A stretch of 64,000 nt of DNA from an uncultured Hyphomicrobiales bacterium (GCA_964445695.1 CAYULF010000023.1:20732-84731); one strand, 5' to 3'; numbered from the stretch's first letter, positions 9,442 to 20,032 are shown. Notes: generated by a model from the sequence alone, not told the origin. Translations and numbers: made by a program.

Positions 9442-11832
9442 ATGTTCGGACAAATTCTCGTTAATTTTTTGTTTGCCTCGGCCATCGTTTCCTGCGGGGC
9501 CTATTTCCTTTCCTGGCGCGACAACGACGTCATGCGCAAGGTCGGGCGGTCGTTCATGCTGGTTGTATTCGGCGGTCTGTGCGTAGTGCTGGGCATGCTG
9601 GTGTACAACATCTTCCAGCACGACTTCAGCTATTACTATGTGTACAATTACTCCAATACGGAGCTGTCCGCGCCGCTGCTGTTCGCCACGTCCTATGCGG
9701 GGCAGGAGGGCAGTTTCATGTTGTGGACCTTCCTGGTGTCGCTGATCGGCGTCTGCATGCTGCCATACGTGCGGCGCGTTGGCTACGAATCGCACTTCAT
9801 GAGTTTTTACACGTTGGCGCTGATTTTCCTGCTGCTGATGATGGTGGCCAAGAGTCCCTTCCAGTTCGTGTGGGAACACTTTGCGTCGGACCCGAATGTT
9901 TACACGGGCTTTGAGCCGCAGAACGGCCGCGGGCTGAATCCACTGCTGCACAATCTCTGGATCACTATTCACCCGCCGATACTTTTTACCGGTTTTGCCG
10001 CCATGACCGTGCCGTTTGCCTTTGCGATGGCGGGATTGGCGCGTCGCGAATACACACAGTGGATTCGCGTTTCGCTGCCATGGACGCTGTTCGGCACCGC
10101 GGTGCTGGGATTCGGCATTATGCTTGGCGGCTTCTGGGCTTATGAGACTCTGGGCTGGGGCGGTTTCTGGGCCTGGGACCCGGTTGAAAACTCCTCACTG
10201 ATTCCCTGGCTGGTTTGCGTGGCGCTCGTTCACACGATGCTGACGCAGAAACAAACCGGCGGGCTCGTCAAAACGAACTTTTTCCTGGCCGTTTCGGCTT
10301 TTATTCTGGTTTTGTATTCGACCTTCCTGACGCGCAGCGGCGTTCTCGGAGACACCTCGGTGCACTCCTTTGTCGATCCCGGCATGTTCGCCTACATCTT
10401 GCTCATCGGCACGATGATTGTCTTCGGCGTGCTGGGATTCGGTATGATTTTCCGGCGCATCGGCGAGCTTGGCAAGGGCGCGGCGGATTTTAAACTCCAT
10501 TCACGTGAGTTTGTCATCGGTATCGGCGCGCTCTTGACTTTAGTCAGCGCGGGGACTGTACTGTTCGGCACGAGTTACCCGCTCTTCTCGGAACTGATCG
10601 TGCACACGAAGGTCGCCATGCAGGTCTCCTTCTACAACACAAGCCATCTTTTGCTTGCCATTTTGATTGGCGTCGTCAATGCTGTCTCAATGTTGGTCAA
10701 CTGGAAAGTGACGGGCAAAGCGCTCTTCTTCAAACGCCTGCGCCTGCCGCTGATAATGTCGGTTGTGGCGACGGCACTGGTCGTGGCCTTCGGTTGGCAG
10801 GACATTCCCTACGTGCTGCTGGCTTTTGCGTCTTTCCTTTCCCTGTTTGTCAACCTGGACCTGCTGATTCGCCTGATTGGTTCGCGGCCCGACAAGATCG
10901 GCGCGTACATCTCACACATCGGAATTGCGGCGCTTTTCCTGGGCGTGATCGCAACGTCGCGTTATTCCGTGCTGGATCACGCGCGTCTGGTGCAGGACGA
11001 GCCGACCGAAGTACTCGGCATGACGCTGACCTACCAGGGCAAACGCGAGATCGACAAACAATTCAAGGATCGTGAGAAATTCGAATATCTGGTTAAGGTC
11101 CAGAAGGACGGTGGCGAGGGCGTCGTCAAACCGATCCTTTACTGGAGCGACTACAACCAGCGCAAATCGGCTTTCCTGGAGCCGGGCATCAACCGCACCC
11201 TGGTGCAGGATGTTTACGTCTCGCCCAAAGCAGTGGAAATCCAGGGCAGCAGCCCGACGCGCGCCGTGCACAAGTTTGAAGAGACGCCGTTTCCCTTCGA
11301 CTCCAACGTGATAGTGACGCTGCAGCGCTTCGACATGACGTCGGCGATGCAGGGCGGCGGTCCGGACCTGCGCATGGGTGTGGAACTGACGTTCGACACG
11401 CCCGATTCGACCTGGAGCGAGCTGATATATTCAACGCGCACGGTCGACAATCTGTGGCGCTACGAGCCATACCAGGTGCCGGGCACGGGTTATTATGTGG
11501 CGCTGCGCGAGATCAAACCGGACCGCAGCAATCTGGCAAACTCTGAGGCGGTGCTGTCCTTTGCAGACATCGATCGCGCCGAGACGCTCGAGCGCGAAGT
11601 TTTTTCGGTAGAGGTCTCGACTAAACCCTTCATCAATCTCGTCTGGATCGGCGTCATTCTGATGGTCGCCGGTTTCGGCGTGGCAATCGTGCGGCGCGTG
11701 AAAGAGATTGAACCGCGCGGCAAAAAGCCGCCGAAGATCGATGTTGCGGCGAAGCCCATGCCGGAAGAACATGAGACCACAAGCTTCGAGTCGGAAAACG
11801 CAGGCGATGAGACCGAATCCGGCAAAGCCTGA
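9442..11832 (+). CDS. ccmF: Cytochrome c synthetase / heme lyase CcmF
   Basis: GQEGSFMLW, GRGLNPLL, IHPP, WAYETLGWGGFWAWDPVEN, FLTRSG..SVHSF, KPFINLVW motifs. Confidence 0.95.
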   Translation: MFGQILVNFLFASAIVSCGAYFLSWRDNDVMRKVGRSFMLVVFGGLCVVLGMLVYNIFQHDFSYYYVYNYSNTELSAPLLFATSYAGQEGSFMLWTFLVSLIGVCMLPYVRRVGYESHFMSFYTLALIFLLLMMVAKSPFQFVWEHFASDPNVYTGFEPQNGRGLNPLLHNLWITIHPPILFTGFAAMTVPFAFAMAGLARREYTQWIRVSLPWTLFGTAVLGFGIMLGGFWAYETLGWGGFWAWDPVENSSLIPWLVCVALVHTMLTQKQTGGLVKTNFFLAVSAFILVLYSTFLTRSGVLGDTSVHSFVDPGMFAYILLIGTMIVFGVLGFGMIFRRIGELGKGAADFKLHSREFVIGIGALLTLVSAGTVLFGTSYPLFSELIVHTKVAMQVSFYNTSHLLLAILIGVVNAVSMLVNWKVTGKALFFKRLRLPLIMSVVATALVVAFGWQDIPYVLLAFASFLSLFVNLDLLIRLIGSRPDKIGAYISHIGIAALFLGVIATSRYSVLDHARLVQDEPTEVLGMTLTYQGKREIDKQFKDREKFEYLVKVQKDGGEGVVKPILYWSDYNQRKSAFLEPGINRTLVQDVYVSPKAVEIQGSSPTRAVHKFEETPFPFDSNVIVTLQRFDMTSAMQGGGPDLRMGVELTFDTPDSTWSELIYSTRTVDNLWRYEPYQVPGTGYYVALREIKPDRSNLANSEAVLSFADIDRAETLEREVFSVEVSTKPFINLVWIGVILMVAGFGVAIVRRVKEIEPRGKKPPKIDVAAKPMPEEHETTSFESENAGDETESGKA

Positions 11833-11865
11833 AGCAAGTTCGCAACGTGAAAATTGACAGCTGAA

Positions 11866-11904
11866 AACGCCCGTCAGGTTCGACCCTGGCGGGCGTTGTT
11901 GTTT
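11866..11904 (+). terminator. Intrinsic terminator after ccmF
   Basis: AACGCCCGTCAGG-ttcgac-CCTGGCGGGCGTT followed by GTTGTTT. Confidence 0.7.
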
Positions 11905-12268
11905 AACGGCTGTCCGCACGGAGATGCGGCGACCTAAAACTGCTGCACGACCCGACACTTCAATCTGCCAGCGCACAACCGCGCGACCTTATGCCTCCGG
12001 ATGCGTTCCTGTTGGGTGTTGCGCGGGCCAAACAAGAATATTCAAGCGGATTGAGAAAAGAGAGAAAAGCTCAGGCCCCGGATCGACCTGTAACACAGGC
12101 GGGCGGTGAGGATTGTGAGAAAGTGCGCGCAACGAATCTTCCCGTCGGCAAAGAAGGGTGATGATCGGAAACGAATCGCCGTGTGCGGCTTGATCGGCGT
12201 CGAATTTACGTGCATTTTCGGTTTTGTATCCGCAGGCCGGAGCTTCCACAGAACAGCAGAGGAACGCA

Positions 12269-13885
12269 ATGAATCGCAGGGACTTTTTGCGCATGACGAC
12301 GAGCGGGAGCAGCTTCAGGGCGCGCTCGCCGCAGGATTGGGACGACACGCTGGGGGTGACCGCCGGCCTGGAAGAACACCCCGGACAGCTTACGCGCGCC
12401 GACGCCCTGCACCTTTTACGTCGGTTTACACTGGCGCCGACGCACGATCTGCTGGCGCAAATGGAAGGCAAAACGGCACAGGAAGCCGTCGAACTGCTGC
12501 TGGGACCAGTCTACGATCCCGAGTTGAATCCCGAGCCGCTGCCCGAACCTCCGGGCCCCTGGGTGGACAGCTCCGAGGAAGATCCGCTGGAAGCCGACCT
12601 GATAACGCGCAATCAGATAGAAGACCGCTGGGAAAACCAGCACGATATGCTGCGCCAGTGGTGGGTGGAGCAGATGCACGGCGAAACCCTGCCCGCACGT
12701 GAAAAATTGACGCTGTTCTGGAGCGGCCACTTCACCACGGAGTTCACTTTTGACGATGTTTATTCGGTTCCGCAGTTGCTGTACCGTCAGAATCAGATGC
12801 TGCGCAGCTATCGCCAGGGCGACCTGAAGCAGTTCGTGGAGCAGGTGACGCTGGACGGGGCGATGCTGGCTTATCTGGGCGGCGAACTGAACGTGGCGGG
12901 CAATCCGAATGAAAACTATGCGCGCGAGCTGTTTGAGTTGTTCACCACCGGTCTGGGCTGGTACTCGGAGGCGGAAGTGCAGGCTTCGGCGCGCGTGTTG
13001 ACAGGCTGGAAAGCGTCAAAGTACAACAGCGCGCCGGCGCCACGGGGCATGTACAACTCCTATTTTATTCCCGAAGATCACGACATCGGCGCGAAGGAGC
13101 TGCTGGGCGGAATTATCGCGGCGCGCGACGAGGACTTCAACACGGAAGTGCTGGTGCGGCGCGACGAAATCCGCGGCATGATCGAGTTGATTTTTGCGCT
13201 GGAGCGCAACGAAGGCGAACAACACGCCGTGGCGCGTTTTATCGGCGAAAAACTCTATCACTATTTCATTTACAGCAAACCGGTTGCGCCGCCAGAAGAC
13301 TTCATGCTGCAGCTGCAGCAGCGGTTTATCGACAGCAACTACAACTTGCGCGCAGTGCTGGCGGCCATTTTGCGCAGCGCGCATTTCTTCGAGCCGGCGG
13401 TGCGCGGCGTGCAGATCAAAACGCCGGCCGAATTCATGGTCGGTTTTGCGCGTCAGATGGGTGCTTCGCCCGCAAATGTGGCGACGGCGATGGCGGCTGT
13501 GGAGCAGGACCTGTTCGATCCGCGCGACGTGTCCGGCTGGGACGGCTACCGCGCCTGGATCAGCACCAAGACCTATCCGCTGCGCGCGGCATTTACGCGC
13601 GAACTGATCCGGGCCATTCCCGATGCGGAGCTGGCCGACTGGGCGCGCCGTTTTCCGGGCTACGACGACGCTTACCTGCTGACGACGGCGGTGGAGGAAT
13701 TCCTGCTGCCGCGCCCGGTCTCCGCTGAGCGCCACGACGCTTATGTAGACGCCCTGCTGACGGGCGACACGCGCGACTACGAATGGCCGGAGATTATCGG
13801 CGGGACCGACCCCGGCAGCGCGGCTCTGCGCCTGCGCTCGCTGCTGACGGCGATTTCACGCGCGCCCGACTTCCACTTGTGCTGA
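12269..13885 (+). CDS. DUF1800 family protein
   Basis: HLLRRF, REKLTLFWSGHF, AMLAYL, NENYARELFELFT.G, ARVLTGW, IKTP.E motifs; upstream of DUF1501. Confidence 0.9.
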   Translation: MNRRDFLRMTTSGSSFRARSPQDWDDTLGVTAGLEEHPGQLTRADALHLLRRFTLAPTHDLLAQMEGKTAQEAVELLLGPVYDPELNPEPLPEPPGPWVDSSEEDPLEADLITRNQIEDRWENQHDMLRQWWVEQMHGETLPAREKLTLFWSGHFTTEFTFDDVYSVPQLLYRQNQMLRSYRQGDLKQFVEQVTLDGAMLAYLGGELNVAGNPNENYARELFELFTTGLGWYSEAEVQASARVLTGWKASKYNSAPAPRGMYNSYFIPEDHDIGAKELLGGIIAARDEDFNTEVLVRRDEIRGMIELIFALERNEGEQHAVARFIGEKLYHYFIYSKPVAPPEDFMLQLQQRFIDSNYNLRAVLAAILRSAHFFEPAVRGVQIKTPAEFMVGFARQMGASPANVATAMAAVEQDLFDPRDVSGWDGYRAWISTKTYPLRAAFTRELIRAIPDAELADWARRFPGYDDAYLLTTAVEEFLLPRPVSAERHDAYVDALLTGDTRDYEWPEIIGGTDPGSAALRLRSLLTAISRAPDFHLC

Positions 13886-13922
13886 CAAATTCCCAAGGCC
13901 AATTCCAATCCAGGATACACTC

Positions 13923-15539
13923 ATGAAACGACGCGATTTTCTCAAATACACCGCAGCGGCGTCGGCCGTGGCGGCCGGAGCGGCACAGGGAATCACACTG
14001 GGCGGACTGCCGGTTTATGCACAATCGCCGCCGATGCTGGGCGGCAACGTGCTGGAGAGCGACAAAATCCTGATTATCGTGCAGCTCTTCGGCGGCAACG
14101 ACGGGCTTAACACGATCGTGCCGCTCAACGACGACAACTACCACAACCTGCGTCCAACCATTCGCGTGCGGCCGGAAGACAACCCGGCGCAGATAGCCGG
14201 CAGCGAGGCGTATTTCCATCCGGCGCTGGTGGACAGTTTCGACGGCGGTTTCCTGAAGCTGCACGACGAGGGGCGTCTGGCGGTGATCCAGGGCATCGGC
14301 TATGAACACCCGAATCTTTCGCACTTCCGCTCCACCGACATCTGGCTGAGCGGCTACAACCCGCGCGACGAGGACATTTTCAGCGACCCGCAGGTGCGCC
14401 TGCTGGACGGCTGGGTGGGACGCTTTTTTGCGCACTCGATTCCGACGTTCCCCAGCGATCTGCCGAGTTATCCGCTGGCGATCCAGATCGGCGGTCAGCT
14501 CTCGCTCATGCTGCAGAGCGATGCGGGCGACGCGGGCATTGCAATCACGGATCCCGAGCGCTTTTTCAGCCAGGACGGCGGACTTTCGGCCGACGAGGTA
14601 GCATTGCCGGGCGTCGACGCCTACGAGAAAGAATACAACTACATCCTGCAGGTAGCGCAGGCTTCGGACCGCTACAAGGATGAGGTCAAGGCGGCCTACG
14701 AGGGCGGAAAAACGACCATCCAGTACGGCGAGGGGCTGCCGCAGCAGTTCGGCACCGTGGCGCGCATGATCAGCGGCGGACTCGGCACCAAGGTTTATCT
14801 GCTGCGCATGGGCGGTTTCGACAACCACGTCAACCAGGCTTTTGAGGGCCAGACCGGTTTTCACCCGGCGCTGCTGCAGCAGCTCAGCATGGGCATCAGT
14901 CAGTTTATGGCGGATGCCGTCAATCAGGGATTTGCCGATCGCGTCGTCGGCATGACGGTGACGGAATTCGGGCGTCGCCCGCGCGAGAACGGCAGCCGCG
15001 GTACGGACCACGGCACGACTTCGGTGCAGTTTGTCTTCGGCGAGCGCGTCCGCGCGGGTCTCTACGGCGACAATCCCGACCTGGAGCGTTTTCTGAAGGA
15101 CAGCGACCGCAATTCCAATCTGGACTACCAGAACGATTATCGTCGTGTTTACGCCGAAATTCTGGAGGTGCTGTTCGGTGCGGACAAAGCGGACGTGGAG
15201 GCGATTCTCGGCAAGCAGTTTGTGCATATGGGCATTCTGGACCCGACGATTTCTTCGGTCGACAATCCATTTGTTAAGCAAATGTCAGGCGCGGCGCTGC
15301 GTTTAAGTCCCAACCCGAGCGGCGGCAGCGTGAGCGCGACGTTCGAACTTAAACGTCCGGCGATGGTGGACATCAGTTTGTACACGATCAAGGGCGTGCA
15401 CGAGATGCGCGTCAGGCGAGGCATGTTTAACCGCGGCGTGCATTCGGTTCACTTCAACGCGCCGAATGGCGGCGTCTGGCTCTGCGTGATGGAGGCGGAG
15501 GGACGCCAGATAGCCGAGAAGCTGGTGGTCCTGCGTTAA
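13923..15539 (+). CDS. DUF1501 family protein with Tat signal and T9SS C-terminal domain
   Basis: MKRRDFLK; QLFGGNDGLNT, SHFRSTDIW, GGFDNH, TEFGRR..EN.SRGTDHG, DYRRVY; C-terminal SPNPS..ISLYTIKG..EKLVV. Confidence 0.9.
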   Translation: MKRRDFLKYTAAASAVAAGAAQGITLGGLPVYAQSPPMLGGNVLESDKILIIVQLFGGNDGLNTIVPLNDDNYHNLRPTIRVRPEDNPAQIAGSEAYFHPALVDSFDGGFLKLHDEGRLAVIQGIGYEHPNLSHFRSTDIWLSGYNPRDEDIFSDPQVRLLDGWVGRFFAHSIPTFPSDLPSYPLAIQIGGQLSLMLQSDAGDAGIAITDPERFFSQDGGLSADEVALPGVDAYEKEYNYILQVAQASDRYKDEVKAAYEGGKTTIQYGEGLPQQFGTVARMISGGLGTKVYLLRMGGFDNHVNQAFEGQTGFHPALLQQLSMGISQFMADAVNQGFADRVVGMTVTEFGRRPRENGSRGTDHGTTSVQFVFGERVRAGLYGDNPDLERFLKDSDRNSNLDYQNDYRRVYAEILEVLFGADKADVEAILGKQFVHMGILDPTISSVDNPFVKQMSGAALRLSPNPSGGSVSATFELKRPAMVDISLYTIKGVHEMRVRRGMFNRGVHSVHFNAPNGGVWLCVMEAEGRQIAEKLVVLR

Positions 15540-15565
15540 ACGCGTTGTAGTAAAATGTTAAATCC

Positions 15566-15602
15566 AAGCCGGAGGAATGTAGTTCTTCCGGCTTTGTTGT
15601 TT
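15566..15602 (+). terminator. Intrinsic terminator after DUF1501 gene
   Basis: AAGCCGGAGGA..TCTTCCGGCTT followed by TGTTGTTT. Confidence 0.65.
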
Positions 15603-15655
15603 AAGAACGCAGGCTTTGGTTTCTACCTGGCTTTATTTACGATGATTTCTCACTT

Positions 15656-16170
15656 GATTACAGCGCCCTGCGGGCTTGCTTTCCGACGCTCTTGTTGGCC
15701 GGCGAGCGAGCAGTCACCGCATTTCAGGTCTGTCGGCAAGGCGGAAGTTGTACGCCACGGTCTTTTCATCTGCGGACAAAGTTCATCCGGGGGAGAAGTA
15801 TTCGGGGAATGCCGTTTCGGATCAGGACGGCACTCCCGCTTACCGGTTGATTCGGCGCGTTTAAGCACGTTTTGTTCTACGCTTGGTTTTTTACACGAGG
15901 ATAATTTGCGGCTTCGACGTAGACTGGCATATGTCACGGAGCGCCGCATGCAACGCGCCGTGGCAAGTCTGATTAGCGCTTGCCTCAAAAAATCTGCACT
16001 GATAGCAGGGTGGGAGGAGTGCGTCTGAACTTTATGGAAACTCGCGGTGGCGGCGGGGCGGGCGATGGGGCAGGCGGGCCCCTTGATCACCAAAAGCTGC
16101 GCCCAAAATGTCCAACCCGCCCGTTTAACACCCAAAACCAGCCGATCAACCTGTTAAACGGCCCGATCTA
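15656..16170. repeat. Dispersed non-coding element, copy 1
   Basis: Left hairpin, left box array, core TTCGACGTAGAC(15913)..GATCAC(16085), right 21-bp array; homologous to copies at 19.5, 31.1 and 33.2 kb. Confidence 0.9.
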
Positions 16171-16297
16171 AAGCATGTCCGCAACTTTTGGTCTTGACCT
16201 CCTGCCCAAAATCTGCCGCTTTCTCCAACCGTCGTCAATTTCACATCGAACGGCTCTCAATTCGGCTCAGGCGTTCACTCTCTACAATGCAATGGCC

Positions 16298-16792
16298 TCA
16301 CGCTTCAATCTGCGCGCGCAGGTCGCGCTCGTACGCTTTGATCAGTTCTTCCAGACCTTCCGGGCTTTGATTCGCTTGTAGCACGATCTCAACCTTGCCT
16401 GTTGTTGCCGAAGTCTCACCTGGTTCGTCGCCGGAGTTTTTCTGTCCGGTCGAGTTACCGTCTTCAGAAAAATCAACGTGCAGCTCCTCGTCGATCATTT
16501 GCAGCTTGAGTTTAGCCTGGAGCTTGACCTGTTCCACGCGAGGCATGTTCAATGGAACAAGCGTCAAAAGCGGCACGGCGATGTCAATCATTTCAACGCC
16601 GTTCTCCGTGCGTCGCGGATACTGAACAACTACAACTCGCGGTTTACGTGTTGAGCTTGTGTCCGTGAGATCATTGCCTTCTTCATCGGTGAAGAACTGA
16701 TTGAGATGCTGAAGCTGAGAGTCCTTGAGTGCGTCATTAGCCGCAAGTACCGCGTCGTGGACGCTGCGAATAAAACTCTTGAAACTGGTCAT
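16298..16792 (-). CDS. DUF2589-like protein
   Basis: F..FI.S.H.AV..AN, IAVPLLTLVP, C-terminal PEGLEELI..Y; paralogous to 17183-17827. Confidence 0.65.
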   Translation of the reverse strand: MTSFKSFIRSVHDAVLAANDALKDSQLQHLNQFFTDEEGNDLTDTSSTRKPRVVVVQYPRRTENGVEMIDIAVPLLTLVPLNMPRVEQVKLQAKLKLQMIDEELHVDFSEDGNSTGQKNSGDEPGETSATTGKVEIVLQANQSPEGLEELIKAYERDLRAQIEA

Positions 16793-16886
16793 TGTGTGTG
16801 GAATCCCCGCAAATAAGTGTTAAGCCGCCGGACCAATGCCCGCAGACCATGAGCGAAAGATGTGCTTCGAGAAAATGCTGCCGTAT

Positions 16887-17099
16887 TCAGCCTTTGTGCC
16901 CACCATCGGATAAAACCTTGTCCTTTAACTCTCTGAGTTTGTCGATCGCCTGTTGAGTCTGTTTAATGCCGTCGCTTGAGAGTCCAAGCCGCGTGCCGCA
17001 ACCGGGACACGTGAACTCTCCGCCCTGTACCAACAGTTCAACACTGAAGTGAATGGCGGTGCCGCAATCGGGGCAAGGGATGGATTGTGCCTGAGTCAT
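16887..17099 (-). CDS. Small zinc-ribbon protein
   Basis: CPDC..CPGC followed by an amphipathic helix; GGAG-like RBS upstream. Confidence 0.7.
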   Translation of the reverse strand: MTQAQSIPCPDCGTAIHFSVELLVQGGEFTCPGCGTRLGLSSDGIKQTQQAIDKLRELKDKVLSDGGHKG

Positions 17100-17182
17100 A
17101 TTTTTGCACTCCTCGCAAATGAAGCGTTTTAAGAGATTTAAGCCTGTTGTTTAATCTGCCGGGGAAACACCATGTGTTGTTA

Positions 17183-17827
17183 CTATTCGGCTGTCGGCGA
17201 AGAGGAAATTGAATCTGCTAACGTCCGTTGCAGGATGCCCAGCCCGGCGGGCAGCGGCAGCGTACCCGCCTGAATGTTAACCCGCAGATTGAAGTCGTCC
17301 GGCGCACCGGATTGCTGTTCGTTCTGTTTTTCGTCGGACGAGGCAGCGATACTCGCGCTCACTTTGCCGAACAGCCCGGTTACGGCCGTGCTTGCAGCTT
17401 TAATCGACGGCCCGGTTGAGTTTGTATCAGCGCGGCCACTTCCGTCGGAAACAGCGCTTCCGTTCGCGCTTTGTTCAGGATCAATGTTTAATTTGAAGTT
17501 GGCGTCAATCTTCTCCACTCCAAGCGCAGTCATCGGCAAGAGTGTAAGCAGCGGTACTTTGATACTCATCGGGGCATCGACCGTGGATGGTCTGTCGCTG
17601 CTACCTTCTTCGGGAACAAGGATTTGCCGCGTGAACACAAGGTCGATCATGACCGGTCTGTAAACATCCTGATCCTTGTAGAAAGCCGCGTCCAGAATGA
17701 GCGTGACTTGCTCACGCGCCATGCGGTTGTTTGCGCGAACTGCCGCCAATAGCGGCGCTGCCAGAATATTCTGCAGAGATTCCCCCTGCAGGGCCTCATG
17801 CGGTTGGGATGATGAGTCGTTTTCCAT
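17183..17827 (-). CDS. DUF2589-like protein
   Basis: LQNILAAPL.AA..AN, IKVPLLTLLP...LGVE....F, LPLPAGL motifs. Confidence 0.7.
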   Translation of the reverse strand: MENDSSSQPHEALQGESLQNILAAPLLAAVRANNRMAREQVTLILDAAFYKDQDVYRPVMIDLVFTRQILVPEEGSSDRPSTVDAPMSIKVPLLTLLPMTALGVEKIDANFKLNIDPEQSANGSAVSDGSGRADTNSTGPSIKAASTAVTGLFGKVSASIAASSDEKQNEQQSGAPDDFNLRVNIQAGTLPLPAGLGILQRTLADSISSSPTAE

Positions 17828-18167
17828 GATTCTTGCTCTTGGAGTTGCTGATTCAGTAGAACGGTGATTGTGCCGGAGGGAAACTACTCTGAGTTGCGGG
17901 GAACACGTGCTCCCGGAACGTTTCATGAGCTGAACGAACTCCGACGCCTTACAATCGGTCAGCTCACCCGAATATTGTCTGCGGCGTGGACATTGTTTTT
18001 GGCGCAGCCGGAGAGAGCCGGTTAAGTGGCTGTTTGGTATTGTATCCAGGTTGTTGGAGCCCCGGATGAATTCAATGGGAAAGTAGTTAAGTCGGAATTA
18101 AAATGACCGTGTTCTTGAATGCCTGCAACTTGGACTGTTTAACAGAAAGGCATGTGTCTCGGTGATT

Positions 18168-18210
18168 AACAAAAGCGGATTTAAAGGGCGCATGCGAAGC
18201 ACAGCCCGCA
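18168..18210 (-). terminator. Terminator-like hairpin downstream of lipoprotein 1 (shared with 31662-31705)
   Basis: Minus strand GGGCTGTGC..GCATGCGCCC-TTT; near-identical copy after the paralog. Confidence 0.55.
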
Positions 18211-18245
18211 CACGCCCTGAGTGCTCCGTCAAGTTTTTAACTGCG

Positions 18246-19268
18246 TCAGGGGCGCGCCAGCTGAATTGTAATCCTGGCGTCCGGATGAACCACAAGGCCG
18301 CCCGGAATGCTGTGTGACGTGACAGTATTGTTGGGCCCGGTGAAATGAACCGTTTTCCGTTCCTCCATTGTTTCGCAGTTTAAGGCTGCCAGGACTTCAT
18401 CGCCCTGCAACGTGGTCGAATTTCCAGCCATTGCCGGCAAGTCGATCGTCAAATGCTGCGAGAACTTGTGGATCCGGACACCCGAGTTGTTGCGAATCGA
18501 AAAGAAAAACGAGTGAAGAAATTCAACGCGAAAAGGCGCACCGCCATCCGCAGTAAAATGCACCCGCATTTCGTAAGTGCTGTCGGGGCCCGAGGTTCTG
18601 TCGTTCCAGTCGTCGCGTCGGTAGCTTAGTCTGTACGTCCGTGTTCCACCTTCCTCAACGATTTGGCTCGTGTATTCGGGATTGGATGGGTAGGCCGGCA
18701 AAGGTTTAAAGTTAACATTCAGCGGCATTAGAGTGCTGTCTGTACGCGAGGGCGCAAAGTCCTCCGGATCGAATGTAATGGTGTTCTCCATTAAACACTC
18801 GACCCCGCTGATGCTGACGGATACATCCCCAAGGCAATCAGAATTGCGCTGCAATTCCTTCTCAGAGCGGTACAGCTCAGAGCCGTCGCCGTCCAGAATG
18901 CGCACGAAACCGGACTCAATCGTCGCGGGCGAATGCAGGATAACCCGGTCGTCCAAAACATCAATTTTGTTAACATTGTTGTCAAACAGTACTTCGCCGA
19001 GGTAGTAGTTGTATTCGTCCGCGCCGAGGAAATGTTCGCCTTCAATTACGATCGGATCGCCCGGACAGAACGACTGCGGCGCAGTCGATTTAACCAGCAG
19101 GTCAGTCGTTTGTTCTTCTTTTGTGTCGTCGTGTTGTCCGGGCGGATTGTTGCTCGGTTCAATAATGCCGTCCTCATCGCTGCACGCGGTTAACAGGATC
19201 ACGTAAAAAATTGCCAGAATGTTAAACAGGTTCAGGACCTGATTGTCGCAGTTCGACCGTGCCATCAT
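18246..19268 (-). CDS. Lipoprotein with IPT/TIG-like domain (paralog 1)
   Basis: Lipobox LTAC-SDED; SFCPGDPIVIEGEHF; similar to 31723-33081; start codon uncertain (19268 or 19265). Confidence 0.7.
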   Translation of the reverse strand: MMARSNCDNQVLNLFNILAIFYVILLTACSDEDGIIEPSNNPPGQHDDTKEEQTTDLLVKSTAPQSFCPGDPIVIEGEHFLGADEYNYYLGEVLFDNNVNKIDVLDDRVILHSPATIESGFVRILDGDGSELYRSEKELQRNSDCLGDVSVSISGVECLMENTITFDPEDFAPSRTDSTLMPLNVNFKPLPAYPSNPEYTSQIVEEGGTRTYRLSYRRDDWNDRTSGPDSTYEMRVHFTADGGAPFRVEFLHSFFFSIRNNSGVRIHKFSQHLTIDLPAMAGNSTTLQGDEVLAALNCETMEERKTVHFTGPNNTVTSHSIPGGLVVHPDARITIQLARP

Positions 19269-19508
19269 ATCATCCTCCAGTGGGCTGCCGAGCATTTGCC
19301 GTGCAGCGTTCATTCAACAGATGCATACGCCCGTTGTGTTTATCGTGCGCAGGGAAATTGGCCATGGACGTCCTGCGCAGGGAACAGCCGGTGCAATTCG
19401 CAGAGTTTACGCCGCAGCCATGGGACTTGACAAGGCATTTTGCAGGTGCACCGTGGATTGCTTTCGCTTCCGTACAATGCAATATGGTGCGCGCGGGACG
19501 CATGTGCG

Positions 19509-19529
19509 CTACTGCATTAATACTGCATT
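19509..19529. promoter_or_regulatory. Tandem TACTGCATT direct repeat, 11-bp period, upstream of lipoprotein 1
   Basis: CTACTGCATTAATACTGCATT; same motif at 33158-33178. Confidence 0.55.
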
Positions 19530-20032
19530 GCAGCGCCCTTGCGGGCTTGCTTTATGACTTTTTTGTTTGGCTGTGGGTTTGAGGTTCGACGATCTGCGGC
19601 GTGGCTGAAGCGGCATGTCCAGCGCCGGTGTCAAGTCGGAGAGCAATAAACGGAGTTGACACATCCAGGCTGTAGGATCGAGATCGCGTCGGCAAGTCCG
19701 TTCATCGGCGTTACCGGCGCGTTTAACTACGTTGTGACCACCGCTTGGATTTTTTCGCAAGGATAATTTTTGGTTTCGACGTAGACTGGCACATGCCACG
19801 GAGCGCCGCATGCAACGCGCCGTGGCATGTTGGACTCACGTTTGCCTCAGAAAAATCTGCACTGGTTGCAGGGTGGGAGGAGTGCGTCTGAATTTAATGG
19901 AAACTCGCGGTGGCGGCGGGGCGGGCGATGGGGCAGGCGGGCCCCTTGATCACCCAAAGCTGCGTCCAAAATTTTCAACCTGCCCGTTTAACACCCAAAA
20001 CCGCCCATTCAGCCCAAATACCCGCCCTTTTG
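19528..20032. repeat. Dispersed non-coding element, copy 2
   Basis: Core TTCGACGTAGAC(19775)..GATCAC(19948) with the same flanking arrays. Confidence 0.9.

Noticed and set aside
15555-16171. ORFs over the element (RRRLAYVTERRMQRA.. and METRGGGGAGDGAGGPLDH..), also in copies 2-4
   Set aside because: The segment length at the A-run differs among copies and shifts the frame; stop positions vary; copy 5 has in-frame stops in the equivalent frame. A short METRGGGG peptide is not fully excluded, since its frame is open in copies 1-4 with one synonymous change.
17828-18100. Possible decayed third DUF2589 gene (HNHRSTESA segment)
   Set aside because: The similarity is too short to support.
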